This document shows positions 12,549-25,479 of a stretch of 64,000 bases of DNA, piece after piece. The stretch spans positions 60,202,001 through 60,266,000 of the forward strand of contig NC_043001.1 of the NCBI RefSeq assembly GCF_006345805.1, given 5' to 3'. The DNA comes from Octopus sinensis. Taxonomy: Eukaryota. The position numbers and the translations under genes are program-made. The notes beneath the pieces are model-generated. The model ran no database searches, had not been told where the DNA came from, and saw only the letters and a program-made list of their open reading frames with translations. Position 1 is the stretch's first letter, and the number at the start of each line of letters is the position of its first letter.

Positions 12549-15500
12549 GAGAAGACATTCTGAAATGTAGATGTCGTGGGAGGAAAATGTGAAGCGACTA
12601 CAAAAAATTTAATTGTTGGAACTAATAGAAAAGGAAACATTGAAAAGAAAACAGAAGAAACACGGGTGCGCACACATACACACACATACATACGCACACA
12701 CTCACCCACGTAACACACATACACACAAACGCATACACACATATATATATTGGTGTAAATGATAAACATGAGCATTAAAACAATAGGTCATAAGAGAAAC
12801 AATGATCAGAGACTGAATAAGTTATATGACTTAAAAACGACCACGACTTGTTAATGAATAAGCAAGAGTTGTTGATTGGTGAATAACGTGACGCAATCGT
12901 ATTTCAAAGACTTGTTTACGATATAGTTGGATGTAAGAATGAAATGAATAAGACTTTCTTCAGAGACGTGTTCAAATGTGATAATTAACCGTAAAGTGAA
13001 AAATAAAGCGAACACTCTATTTCTTAGAATAAAAGTTAAAAGATATTGAGAAAGAAAATAAACAAATTTGGAAATAACTTACTTCCGCGAAATATAAAGG
13101 AAGCGAGAAATAATGCAGCAAGGGAAAGCAAGTAAGTGTTAGATTAAAAATAGAAAAAAACACATGTATATATATACATGTACATACAAGAAAGTGTAAC
13201 ATATATGTATATGTGTGTGGTGTGTGTGTGTGCATGAGAGAGAGATAGGGAAAGAGAGAGTAAGCGTGTGTATATGTGTGTATAACTACATCACATATAT
13301 GTAGTGTATATAAATCATAAAATATGTAGAATACTGTAAATCTTTGATGAGATGAGAAAAAGCACGTGTGAGGGTGAATGTGGGAAACAGATATATGAAC
13401 TGGGCAGAATCTATAGAGGAAGATAGAAGAGAAGAAACGTAAAGAGAAACGGAAAGAGAAACGTAAATGCTTTGAAGAGAAAACTGAGAAATCTAGAAGT
13501 GGACAGAAGAGTTCATATGACTCCTTATCTTATCTGCAAGGTGCCAAAGCACTGACTAAGTGCGGATTAAAACTGATATGAAAACCTACTTCATTCGATA
13601 CCGAATAGTAATAAGGATTGATCTTTATGAATGATCTCTCGAATATTGCAGATTTCCACTGAAGATTTCTTTTAAAAGCGATACGGCATCATATGAAGTA
13701 GGAACTATGAAACTAGAAAAAATTATGATGGTAGCTAAAAGAAAAAAATAAACGATTGAAAGCCTTCCGTTTGTGATGAACTGCGTTAGAAAGAAATTAG
13801 GTAACATGACAGAGATCCCAATTTTATAATATTATAATACGAGCATTATAACTTGTAGGAAAGCATGATGCCAAATCCAACCATTTATATTCGTGATCCA
13901 ATTATTGGCAGCATGCTCATTGATGGCAACTCAGAAAAGGTTTCAACAGACAACTTTTATATCAGATAATCAGTTTGGAATTATAGAAATTCTCTTTGCA
14001 AGTTACACTATATAATATAGGAATATGCTGTAATATGTTTAATATCGAAGAAATCGATAGCGCAGAGGACGAATACTAAGCGGAATATTACAGTTTAATA
14101 TCGGATAATATATAAAAAGATGCGTTAAAAAAAAAAAACAGAAATGGAAACCATCGATGATTTACTGCGTTCTAGATATTTTATATACTATATTTATGCT
14201 TGAATCTGTGCGTGTGTGTAATATTTTTATATATGGAGTTATGTATGTGTGTATGTATGCATATTTCCATACGTGTGTATTTATGTGTGCGTGTGCGTGT
14301 GTATGTATATACAGGAAAGAAAGAAAGAAAAAGGCGTAAGGAGGGACTCATATTGCTTCTGCGTTAGTTTAGGGGAGTGAGAGGAATTATGTGCATACAA
14401 ACATGCACAATGCACAGATACACCGACGCACGTATACACTCGCACTGACACATACACGCCCGTACAGATACTGCCTTGTATAGACTATCCTTTGGTAAAA
14501 TTCAAGACTCTTCTTCCCTCTGGGTACTTTTAGAGTCGCTATATAAAGTCCCATTTTTGTTGCCGATTTCTCAAAAGGGTACCATTGTTTCATAGTATTT
14601 TTATTAATAGGCATTGGAAATGTGACACTCTACCCTTTTTACTATCAGGAAGTAATTCGTTTATATTCTTCTTCCATTTAAAACGAAACGGTGCGAAATT
14701 TGGTAATGATGTGACTCTTGTTTTTTACACACAGATCGATTGTTTGCGTGACATATCTTTGGAGAGTATTTAAACAACGACTAGATGTGACCGAGCAACT
14801 TTCTGATGAAAAATGCTCCTCGGCCATGACAATCAAGTCTGCCTTCTGTATGTAGAACTACATTTCAATTATGATATCTATGATCAGTAAGATGCCTTTC
14901 TGTTCCTACCCTGATTGATATGTCGAGAAATATAAAGTCAAATGTGTCCTTCATATTTAAATGTGAGGAGGCTACATTTGAGAAATTTCTAGGTCATCTG
15001 CTATTTCCAGCAACTTAAGAGGATTCTGTCCCAACACGCACACAAATGCACAGTCATACGCATATATTATATACACATATCATAACACGAGGCATGCAAG
15101 TACACAGGTATGCTTCGCTGCGTATGTAACATTTTAGCGACACTAATTTCATACAACAAAACGATTGAAAAAAAATATTTAGTTTCTTTTCCACACATGC
15201 AACGGTTAAATGGCACAACACAATCATCGTCTGAGCTTGTCCAGCTGGTATCCAATAACAATGCATGTGTGCGATTGTATGTGTATAATAGATACAGTTA
15301 GCATTGCATGTCATACGTTTCAACCACTAACGATTACATACCAAAAAGATGTCGGCATATTCCGACAGTTTTACTCCTAAAATCGCTGCTTTGAAACATT
15401 GATGTTAACAGATAATGTCTGGTTTAGCAAACCACATTCAATCACTACAATAATCTTTCCTGCTTCTTTTTTATAGTTCCTTCCTAATTCCGATTATATC

Positions 15501-16100
15501 CAGATAGGACATTGTTGATCTATCTATAACTGCACGACATCAAACTCTACCAGATGCATTTTACACTGCCATACGCCTGCTCCACACGATTCTGCATATT
15601 CTTGTTGTAAGAGACTCTTCGTTTTATTAAACCTTTTATTCTTTTCAATGCATCGGCAAATCGACAATCAGCTCAGATCAGAACAAAGGCATGACATTCA
15701 GCCACCTCGTTCTTATTCAGGATAACTTGGAAATACATCCAATTAGATTTTGCAATAATATTGGGTTAAAATATTTGCATAGAAGTATCTCGATATTAAA
15801 TATGGACATCGAAGTAGATAGATCAATAAATGATACTTTCTAGAATACTAAACGCAGCATTCTACATATTATTATATACTTCTATCAAGCTTACAGAAGA
15901 TGTGTGAATACCACGGGCAGACTTTAAAGCCTTTCAACTCAACGCTTTATTATAACTTTATCTACTTCTAGTCTCCCCGATAAAAGTGTCTCATTTCGTA
16001 TCTCTTAAAGTTTCTAAATTGTCAGGTCGCAAAAAAAGTTATACACACACACAGACAAGCACAGACACATACAGAGAAATATGAGTGTGTGTATATGCTA

Positions 16101-16162
<62 letters not shown>

Positions 16163-16261
16163 TATATGTATATATGTATGTATGTATGTATATATATGTA
16201 CATATATATATGTGTGTGTATGTGTGTGTGTGTGTCTGTGTCTGTGTGTGCGTGCGTGCGT

Positions 16262-16520
16262 GGAGGCCGCAATGGCCTCGCGGTTTCGATTCCCAGATCA
16301 GGTGTTGTGAGTGTTTATTGAGCGAAAACAGCTAAAGCTCCACTGGTCTCCGGAAGGGGGGGGTGGCGATCCCTGCTGTACTCTTTCGCCACAACTTTCT
16401 CTCACTCTTCTGTTGGCCTGCTCGCTTAGCCAGCGGGTGGCGTCATTTGAAGACTAAAGCAATGCGAAGCGCATTGTGACCAGCGATATGTAGCAACATC
16501 TGATAGCCTGGTCGCGGTGA
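16262..16520 (+). mobile_element. tRNA-derived SINE with internally deleted head
   Basis: GGAGGCCGCAATGGCC...GGTTTCGATTCCC (B-box-like) followed by a SINE body I recognise from cephalopod repeats; flanked by microsatellites. Confidence 0.6.
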
Positions 16521-16941
16521 TATATATATATATATAGTACCATCAAAGGACCCGAGTGTAGGAGGATAGTAAACTTCAAGCATTTATGCAGCTAGTACAG
16601 ATGAGGAAAGGTAGACAATATTTTATAAAACACGTTTATAATCATTTAAGTTATACGCATCATCTGCTATTGAAGCTTAAAGAAATTTCGACAAGTTGAT
16701 GGTCACCATACAGCTGACTGTATTACAACTGAAGTTGCAAATAATGTTACAAAAAATCCAAAGTTGTCTAGTCGATCACGTAATCACATTATATTCTATA
16801 CTTTTGCTATCTTTCTGTACTTTATTGTTTTGCATTATTTTTAACGTACGCATCATCTTGTTTAATGTATATATGCACACACATACAATTATTGGCTTAC
16901 TCACACACAATTATGGGCAGATTCCTTCATGATTACACACA

Positions 16942-16946
<5 letters not shown>

Positions 16947-17012
<66 letters not shown>

Positions 17013-17104
17013 TGTATACACACACACACATATATATATATGTATATATATATACACACATATATATATATATATGTATATATATACACACATATATATA
17101 TATG

Positions 17105-17174
<70 letters not shown>

Positions 17175-17207
17175 ATATATATATGTATATATATATATAT
17201 ATGTATG

Positions 17208-17238
<31 letters not shown>

Positions 17239-17295
17239 AATATATATATATACATATATATATATACATATATATACATACATATATATATTTAT
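16947..17295. repeat. Compound (TA)n/(CA)n microsatellite
   Basis: Direct reading. Confidence 0.95.
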
Positions 17296-17296
17296 A

Positions 17297-17359
17297 TAAG
17301 GCGGTGCTCCAGCATGGCCGCAGTCAAATGACTGAAACAACTAAAAGATAAAAGATAAA

Positions 17360-17363
<4 letters not shown>
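17297..17363 (+). mobile_element. 3' tail fragment of the abundant CORE-type SINE
   Basis: AAGGCGGTGCTCCAGCATGGCCGCAGTCAAATGACTGAAAC...(AAAAGAT)n matches the 3' end of the full copy at 45357-45774. Confidence 0.8.
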
Positions 17364-17399
<36 letters not shown>

Positions 17400-17639
17400 G
17401 AAAGAGGGTTGTGTGTGCATTTGCTTTTCAAACGAAAATGGCTTCACCATTTGCTTCCATATTGGCGAAGCATGAATAATTTGACCTCGGACACATGTTG
17501 GACTTTTCATTTGAAATTTTTATTAAAAATAAAAATATTGATTTTTGAATTAGATTCACGTCTTTGAGAGTTTTAAAATACTTTCTTCTGGTTTTCTAAC
17601 GTCTCATAAACACGGGACATATCGCACTCACACACAAAT

Positions 17640-17857
17640 CTTTCTTTTCTTTTATTCTTTGACTGTGGCCAGGCTGGAGCACCGCCTTTAGTCGAACAAA
17701 TCGACCCCAGGACTTATTTTTTGTTAGCCTAGTACATTTTCTATCGGTTTCTTTTTACCAAAGCGCTAAGTTACGGCGACGTAAACACTGCAGCATCGGT
17801 TGTGAAGCGATGTTGGGGGATAAACAAATACACACACACATACACACATACACATAC

Positions 17858-17914
<57 letters not shown>

Positions 17915-17928
17915 ATATATAATATATA

Positions 17929-17986
<58 letters not shown>

Positions 17987-18226
17987 TAGGAAGAGTTTAC
18001 GAAAATAAACAAAAGACGAAGACAGGTGGTGTAAAAAACAAACAGATGTATTAGTATAACGCTCAGGAATAGAAAAAGTCTTTTACGTTTCGAGCCTACG
18101 CTCTTCTACAGAAAGAGACACAGAAAAAAAACAAGGAGAAAAAAAATGTGTGTAGTGGCTAACGATCTTTCATGGCGACTAGTGGCGGCTATATATATAT
18201 AATATAATATATATATATTATATATA

Positions 18227-18285
<59 letters not shown>

Positions 18286-18446
18286 ACGGTGATCTTTCAG
18301 TTTCCGTCTACCAAATCCACTCACAAGGTTTTGGTTAGCCCGAGGCTATACTAGAAGACACATGCCCAAGTTGCCACTTACTGTGACTGAACCCGGAACC
18401 ATGTGACTGCTAAGCAAGCTACTTGCCCCACAGACACTCTTACGCC
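17640..18446 (-). mobile_element. Full-length CORE-type tRNA SINE, interrupted in its central microsatellite by a PLE fragment
   Basis: The 3' half (17640-17835) and 5' half (18284-18446) are reverse-complement homologues of 45357-45774. Confidence 0.85.
17988..18192 (-). mobile_element. PLE pseudo-LTR fragment with hammerhead-like motif (18079-18116)
   Basis: Homologous to 27620-27810; stem-loop GAGC-GTAG-GCTC followed by GAAACGT. Confidence 0.55.
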
Positions 18447-18499
18447 TATACCTGTCTTTCTATCTTTCTATATCAATATATATATCTGCCTATCTATCC

Positions 18500-18562
<63 letters not shown>

Positions 18563-19118
18563 CACCTCTACCTCTATCACTCTTTTTCTATATTTATCTA
18601 TCTCTCTGTATCTATATGTCTATATTTTATCTAGCTGTATCTATCTTGTCTAAATACCTATGTGTCTCTCATTCTCCCTCTATCTGTATCTCACGCACTC
18701 TGTATTGTTTTCACTGTATGTTTTCAATCGCTATTCACAAACAACAACGACGAATTACTGACAGAAAGAAGTACACAATTACGGATGAAAGTAATTTCAT
18801 AATTTGCTGACATAAGTAATTTCAAAAATATCTCTTAAATCCGTACACTTGGTTAATTTCCCTAGAAATTTCTTTTTTAATTTTACAACGGTTTTGTGTT
18901 TTTTCTGTTGTTGACGATTTGTTTCTGGTTCATTCGATAATGGCTCTTTGGTTCACTGAGTGACAAATTTCGCTTCAACCCGTACAGGTCTTTATTTTCC
19001 GCAAACTTTTCTTATTTACTTACTGCCCGTCGTATTAAGAAATATAACTTCAGTTACCCAGTTGTTTTCATTGTTTATTATCTTTCGCACCCGTGTATTT
19101 CTGTATACATATATAACC

Positions 19119-19981
19119 ATGCCTAGAAGGAAAATGTCAAATTTTTCTACGTCAGGGTCAGTCAAAAGAATGTCTCTGTCCAGGGAAAGATAGACAGGTG
19201 TAGAAAGGGAAGCATACAAAGTAATGAACAGATTGTGCACTACAAAAGCCAGAACATCTCAGAGATGAACAGAGGTATGCACGGTTGACAAGGAATAGGA
19301 TTGCCACTGCAGAACGAAGAGCAGTTGCAACAGCTTAGAGAAGTAATTTCTATGAAGCAGCTTTCAATTATGATCCAGGAAATCATTATGCAGATGACAT
19401 AAGAGTTTCCATTAGTGCAATAACAACTAAATGCATACATTGAAAAGTAAGGGAGTGGCTTGGAGAGACACCTGCACTATGCTGCAGTGGTAGAAAGTTT
19501 AAACCCCCTGCAATCATCTAACCTCCGGAGCCATGGGAGAAACTGTTGTCATCAACTGACCAAGGTACTAAGCACTTACAAAGCATAATTAGACAATGCA
19601 ACGCTGCACTACAGATGACATCATTTATCACAAGAGATATAACTGAACAAGGATTCATGCAAACTTTCAAGATCCTAGGTCAGATTTATCATCGGATTGG
19701 CTCTCTACTACCGCTGATTCAAGATTCAAACCACATCCTATGTTGTATAGATATGTTCAGTCAGTTCATTGTTGATACGTACGCAAAAATCGAAAGTGAC
19801 TGGTTACTCTACTTGAGACTGAATTAGAAGAAACTGAGTGGAATCATATGCACATCGGCAAGATGCAATGCTGAACGATCATGATGTCAACAACATGGGC
19901 CAGATAATCATACTTCCATCATCATTCACAACAAGCCCACGATTGCTGCATGAGCGCACACAAGATGCCATGACACATGTT

Positions 19982-20019
<38 letters not shown>

Positions 20020-20203
20020 TGAGTTGAAAACTTTCTTTTAACATTTCACTTAGCGTCTATGTTGTATGCTGGCATGGAGTGGAGAGCTATTAATGTAGAA
20101 AGTTGGTATCTCAGCTACTAGTAGTTGAGACCTGCTTAATCTGGGCGGCGTTTTTAAATTTCATTATTTTCTTTAACCCAGGCAACACCGAGCATTACTG
20201 CTA

Positions 20204-20204
<1 letters not shown>
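19119..20204 (+). mobile_element. Internally deleted Helitron (Rep N-terminal remnant plus 3' terminus)
   Basis: IRQCNAALQMTSF, FKILGQIYHRIGSLLP, FSQFIVDTYAKIESDWL and ILPSSFTTSPRLLHERTQDAMTHV are Helitron Rep N-terminal motifs. The 3' end has a decayed hairpin CCAGGCAACACCGAG and CTAG|T at 20201-20205. Confidence 0.85.
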
Positions 20205-20257
<53 letters not shown>

Positions 20258-20699
20258 TAGTACGTGATGTCTGTCTCTCTATTTTTTCCTCTGAAGAACG
20301 AGTAATTATTGTGAGGCACCCTCGTGCATTAAATACAGTGATGTACTCCTGAAATGGCCATAGGGAATGTAAATATGGTTTCTTCTTTTCTGCTTGGACA
20401 CTGGCTTTTAACTATAGGTTTCCCTTATCTGGAAAGTAACTTTTATCTTACCTTATATATTATATATTACTTATTTATATGCTTCCTATATATATTTATT
20501 TTTATATATTCTTTTATATATCTATATATTTATATATTACTTTATATTTTTACGTATTTATTATTCTAGGTGTTGTAATGTTTTAAAAAATATATATATT
20601 TCTTAATCGCTAAAGTATTAACTTTTAACCATGATGAACTGTATTCACACATTTTTCTTGCATTTTCTTATATGCTTGTACTGATGAGTTATGTTTCAT

Positions 20700-20880
20700 C
20701 TTCCGTGATGTTTTACATGTATATTTTATGTGAAAGAAAAAGCGTTATGTGATTAAATGTTCGAGAAGATTGCTTTGTTTATACCATTTATTCTTTTGAA
20801 TAGTATCAGTGGAATTTTCGAAACATATGTCGAAAGTAAAAATATTTGATTACACCTGCGTTAACTCCATTTTTTATTCA
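20700..20880 (-). mobile_element. Decayed PLE fragment
   Basis: Shares ~45 bp (AATGGAGTTAACGCAGGTGT...CGACATAT) with the upstream end of the PLE coding remnant at ~50205-50250. Confidence 0.35.
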
Positions 20881-20935
<55 letters not shown>

Positions 20936-21105
20936 AAAATTAGATTAGAAGTTGTGTTTACCACATGAAGAGATGGTTTTAGCCAAGGAAATATTGGTTC
21001 AATACCTAGTATTTGGGGGAAATTAATTTCCTTAAAATAATAGATGTATATATGAAAAACATAGTTTATATTCATTTAAAAAAAGTAAAACAAATTTAGA
21101 GATTT

Positions 21106-23100
21106 GCAACTCAAACAGTGATAGACATAAACCAAAACAAAAAAAACAAAAAATAAATATAATTAACAATATATATATAAAATATAAAAGTTAAAATTTA
21201 AATTAGTAAAATTTGAAAATTTTAAATTTATATTTATAAATTTTTATATTTTTATATTTTTTAATTTTTTAATTTTTTAATTTTTTAATTTTTCATGGAA
21301 CGACTGTGGAAAGCTACGTAAATCATTTATAGTTAAAATTTTAAAGTATTTTAATAAGTCTTATTGTATTATATTGTATACTATATAACTACTGATTGTT
21401 ATTATAATTATTTAGTTGTTGAAGATATGTATATAATTATTAGATTATAACTGTACGTTATTTGTAAGATATTACTTAGCCAAAGAGATTTATAGATCGT
21501 AAATAGTTATACGGTTTTTTAAGTTAGGTTACTAACATATAATTTGATTTTAATCTATAATTTTTTAATGTAACTCATAAATATATTATGTTAATATTTA
21601 TGTAAGTAGTATTGGATTAATAAATTTATTTATTTTTCATTATATGTCTATATATTTATTGATATCGTAAATTTTAGATTTTAATAACTATATTTGTTGA
21701 TAATAATTTAGTTATTAATTTTTAAATATTTTATAATTATTAGATGTGAACTTAAATCTAAAAATATGAATAATGATTATTTAGTTAAATAATTTCGTAA
21801 TTATTATTTTTTAAGCCATATTATATCTTAATAGATATCTCTAATAGTGACTTTGTTCTCTTTATCTATTATAGCTAAAATATAGCCATTTTCCATTGAT
21901 AATATTTATTCGTAATTTTCCTTGATAAAATATATTCGTAGTTTTCATTGTTAAAAGAATGTTCCATCTGTTTATTATAATTTTAGTTAATGACACGATT
22001 TGAAAGCTAAGTAAACATTTTCTATTAAAGTTATTTTAATAAGTTATGTTATATTGTATTGGATACTATATAACTACTGATTGTTAATTTGATTCTATAA
22101 TTATTTAGTTGTTGAAGACATGTATTTCATTATTAGATTATGACTGTACGTTATTTGTAAGTTATTACTTAGCCAAGGAGATATATAGATCGTTAAATAC
22201 GGTTGTTTTAAGATAGGTTATACATTTATAATTTGCTTTTTCCTCTTTAATTTTTTAATATATTTCATAAATATATTATATTGATATATAATATTTACGT
22301 AAGTAATAATGTACTAATTAATTAATTTATTTTTCATTATATGTCTATATATTTATTGATAGAGTAAATTTTAGATCTTAATTATTATATTTATTGATAA
22401 TAATTTAGTTATTATTCTTAAATATTTTCTAATTATTAGATGTGAACTTAAATTTAAAAATATAAGTAGTGATTATTTTGTTAAATAATTTAGATATTGA
22501 CTATAATTGAGTTAAGTATATTTGTGAGTTTATTATGTTTTTAAAGCTATATTATATCTTAATAGTTAAATACATTTTTATATCTATTTTTTTTACCTTA
22601 TAAATTAATATTTAACATAATAAATGGGTTTTATGATATAATCCTAATGTTTTAAGTTTCTAATTTGAAAATAGAGTTCTTTATAAGAAGAATTATTATT
22701 TTATTTATTTCTTAAAAAATATTGTTTAACTCTATTTGCTTATTTATCTAACTATTATCATTAATTGACTATATCTATAATTCGAATTTTTAATTCGATT
22801 TAAACTTAATTGTAATTCGAATTGAATTATAGCCATGAAACGTACGTAGTGTTTTTACTTATTATATTATATTTAACTTTTTTATACTTTTTGCTTAGTT
22901 TAAAAAAGTTTTAAAATTTAAAAATATAAAAATATAAAAATATAAAAATATAAAAATTTATAAGTATAAACTTTTAAATTTCAAATTTTAATAATTTAAA
23001 TTTTAAATTTTATATTTCATATATATATTGTATATTATATTAACTATATTTATTTTTTGTTTTCTATATTTTGGTTTATGTCTATCACTGTTTAAGTTGC
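21106..23100. repeat. ~2-kb extremely AT-rich foldback structure: ~170-190 bp inverted arms and two internal ~530-560 bp direct repeats
   Basis: 21106-21270 is the reverse complement of ~22915-23100 (GCAACTCAAACAGTGATAGACATAAACC vs GGTTTATGTCTATCACTGTTTAAGTTGC). Direct repeats lie at 21309-21834 and 22002-22565. Confidence 0.85.
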
Positions 23101-23220
23101 CTAACAATGGTTTTATCTCTAATTTAATTTATATTTATACGGTGAAATTTGATTTAATCCTAAATCTAATTTTTCCCTGTATGTTTGGATATACTCCCTA
23201 ATATTATATATATATATATA

Positions 23221-23535
23221 TGGTGTTTGCGGAATTTTCTAGGGAACATTTCTTAGTGGTAAGACCATAGCGGATCTACTTCTAGCATTAGGGTGTCCAC
23301 ATAGTAGTAATTCCTCTCATATGCATGTAATTCTATTTACTGAACCTCAAGTTTTTAATATGCTAGACCACTGGTTTAACATCAGTGGTCTAGCATATTA
23401 AAAACTTGAGGTTCAGTAAATAGAATTACATGCATATGAGAGGAATTACTACTATGTGGACACACTAATGCTAGAAGTAGATCCGCTATGGTCTTACCAC
23501 TAAGAAATGTTCCCTAGAAAATTCAGCAAACACCA
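23221..23535. repeat. 315-bp near-perfect palindrome
   Basis: Arms 23221-23373 and 23383-23535 (153 bp each, 2 mismatches) with a 9-nt spacer GTTTAACAT. Confidence 0.95.
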
Positions 23536-23841
23536 GAAACGTTAGCGAGCAAAACAAATCTAAAGTGTAATAGGTAACGTGTATGTATTTGCAGGCATGC
23601 ATGCCTGTAGATACACAATTTATATATAAGATTTTCTTTTATAGGTTTATCTTTTCATGGGTTTAAATTTTAATGTGTTCTACAGTTTCAGAATATTCGT
23701 AAGTGTATATGTGTGTATGTGTTCATATGAGTCTATGTGCGCGTACCTAGTTTTGTATGCAGATGTGTGCATAATTATGCAATTACCCATCGTTTCATTT
23801 GACGTTAACTGAATACCGTTCTTTTTTAATAGATTCTCTTA

Positions 23842-24030
23842 AGGTGGTGAGCTGGCAGAAACGTTAAGCTTAGCGGTATTTAGTCTCTCTTTACATTGTG
23901 AGTTCAAATTCCGCCAAGGGTGACCTTCGTCATTTCGGGGTACCAGTTGCATACTGGGGTGGATTTAATCGACTGTCCCGTCCACCCCACTCAAGATCTC
24001 AGGTCTCTTGCCTCGAGTAGAAAATAATAT
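23842..24030 (+). mobile_element. tRNA-derived SINE (second family), decayed
   Basis: GCTGGCAGAAACGTT...GAGTTCAAATTCCGCC...TACCAGTTGCATACTGGGGT; homologous to 52829-52930 and 63455-63600. Confidence 0.7.
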
Positions 24031-24194
24031 TATTTTATTATCCATTTACGTTTCCCTTTTTAACGATTTCCTTCTATGTGTGTGTGTGTGTGTGTATGTG
24101 TATGCGTGCGTATGTATATGCACATATAAATAAATATGTAAATATGTCAATGTAGATACAGATATATATATATATGTCAATATATATATGTGTG

Positions 24195-24241
<47 letters not shown>

Positions 24242-24283
24242 ATGTGTCTGTGTGTTTGTGCATCTATTTATCTCTGTGTATGT

Positions 24284-24344
<61 letters not shown>

Positions 24345-25038
24345 GTGTGTGTGTGTGTGTGTGTGTCTGTGTGTGTCTGTGTGCTTGTGCATCTATTTAT
24401 CTCTGTGTATGTGTATGTGTGAACAATGAATCCGTTTAAGGAAATAAGAGTAGAGAAAATCGAATTTCTAGCTAAACATATCTAAAATAGCTACAAATAA
24501 TTGGATAATAATTAATATTAAATAAAACTAGGGTAGAGTAGCAGTTAGAAATGTAAACTCAAGGTTAATTTAATATAGCTGATAATAAATATTATAAAGC
24601 AGAAATATGCTAACCAATTAATTGAATATCCGTAAAATTAAATTAGATTATATGAATATTTTAATTGAAAGATACTTACTAAGATTTATAATTATTGATA
24701 ATGTAAACAAAAGTTGTGGGAACAATAATTACAGGTTGGTCGGGGCGTAGTATAAATAGTGTAAACGAATGATTAGGAACAGGAACTATACAAAAATTAA
24801 TTGCAGTAAATTGATCTTAAAAACTCAAACGTGATGAATCATAATATGGCCTAAATTTATGGCAGTTACTTCTTACCTTTGACCAATAGAGTTACAAGTT
24901 TAGTTTGAGCTAGTTTAGAACGATCCTACCATGCGGATAAATTAACAAATAATAAAGAGAACAAAAACTTTAATTGGTTGGAACTATTTTCCATTTCGAA
25001 GAAATGAAATTGGAGGTCAAAATACCCTGATGAAACCC

Positions 25039-25281
25039 CTGATAGTTTGTAGTATCATAATGCATTAAAAGATGAGTAAGATTCATCTTGATTGTGATGG
25101 AAACGTTACGTAGGGAAAAAGAATATAAATTACAGCATAATAAAAAATTGGATATACTTTTCTCTCTGATTTTCTTTAACTCAATCATTAGTATTTCTCG
25201 TCTATCGAAAAAACATACAGTCTCTTTTGAGACAACTTGAATTTCAGGTGTGAGATTGTACGAAGATTAGTTAAACGAACC
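25039..25281 (+). repeat. 243-bp direct repeat, copy 1
   Basis: Differs from 30011-30253 by 4 substitutions and no indels. Confidence 0.95.
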
Positions 25282-25479
25282 AATTGAAGGTACACACATT
25301 CACGTATGTTAACCAGCATTATCAATCCGTAGAAGTGCATATGGCTACCGGACCATTGGAAAATTTGGGGGACTAGACTATATATATATGCAATTCGAAA
25401 ATACCGCCTTCTATGTACTATGCTGAATACATTTAGTGTTCGTCCGGTATGTTGATTTTTGTTCTTTTTATGTATCTAG

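Noticed and set aside
12890-12975. Minus-strand CTGAAGA...GAAA hammerhead-like pattern
   Set aside because: Stems I and III do not form convincingly.
13560-13960. Possible piggyBac transposase remnant (EVGTMK, IPIL*YYNT)
   Set aside because: Only two weak motifs, and no TTAA/TIR structure identified.
15340-15900. Possible minus-strand LINE remnant
   Set aside because: No diagnostic RT motif could be read.
20285-20340. CTGAAGA-ACGAG...CTCGT hammerhead-like stem
   Set aside because: No GAAA after stem II and no stem I partner.
20955-21000. ATGAAGA...GAAATATT hammerhead-like remnant
   Set aside because: Core and stems are too degenerate to support a call.
21300-22600. Mitochondrial control-region NUMT
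   Set aside because: No flanking mitochondrial tRNA or gene sequence recognised; the foldback/PLE context fits better.
24180-24420. Tandem duplication of a TA/GT microsatellite block
   Set aside because: Ordinary slippage or unequal exchange product.
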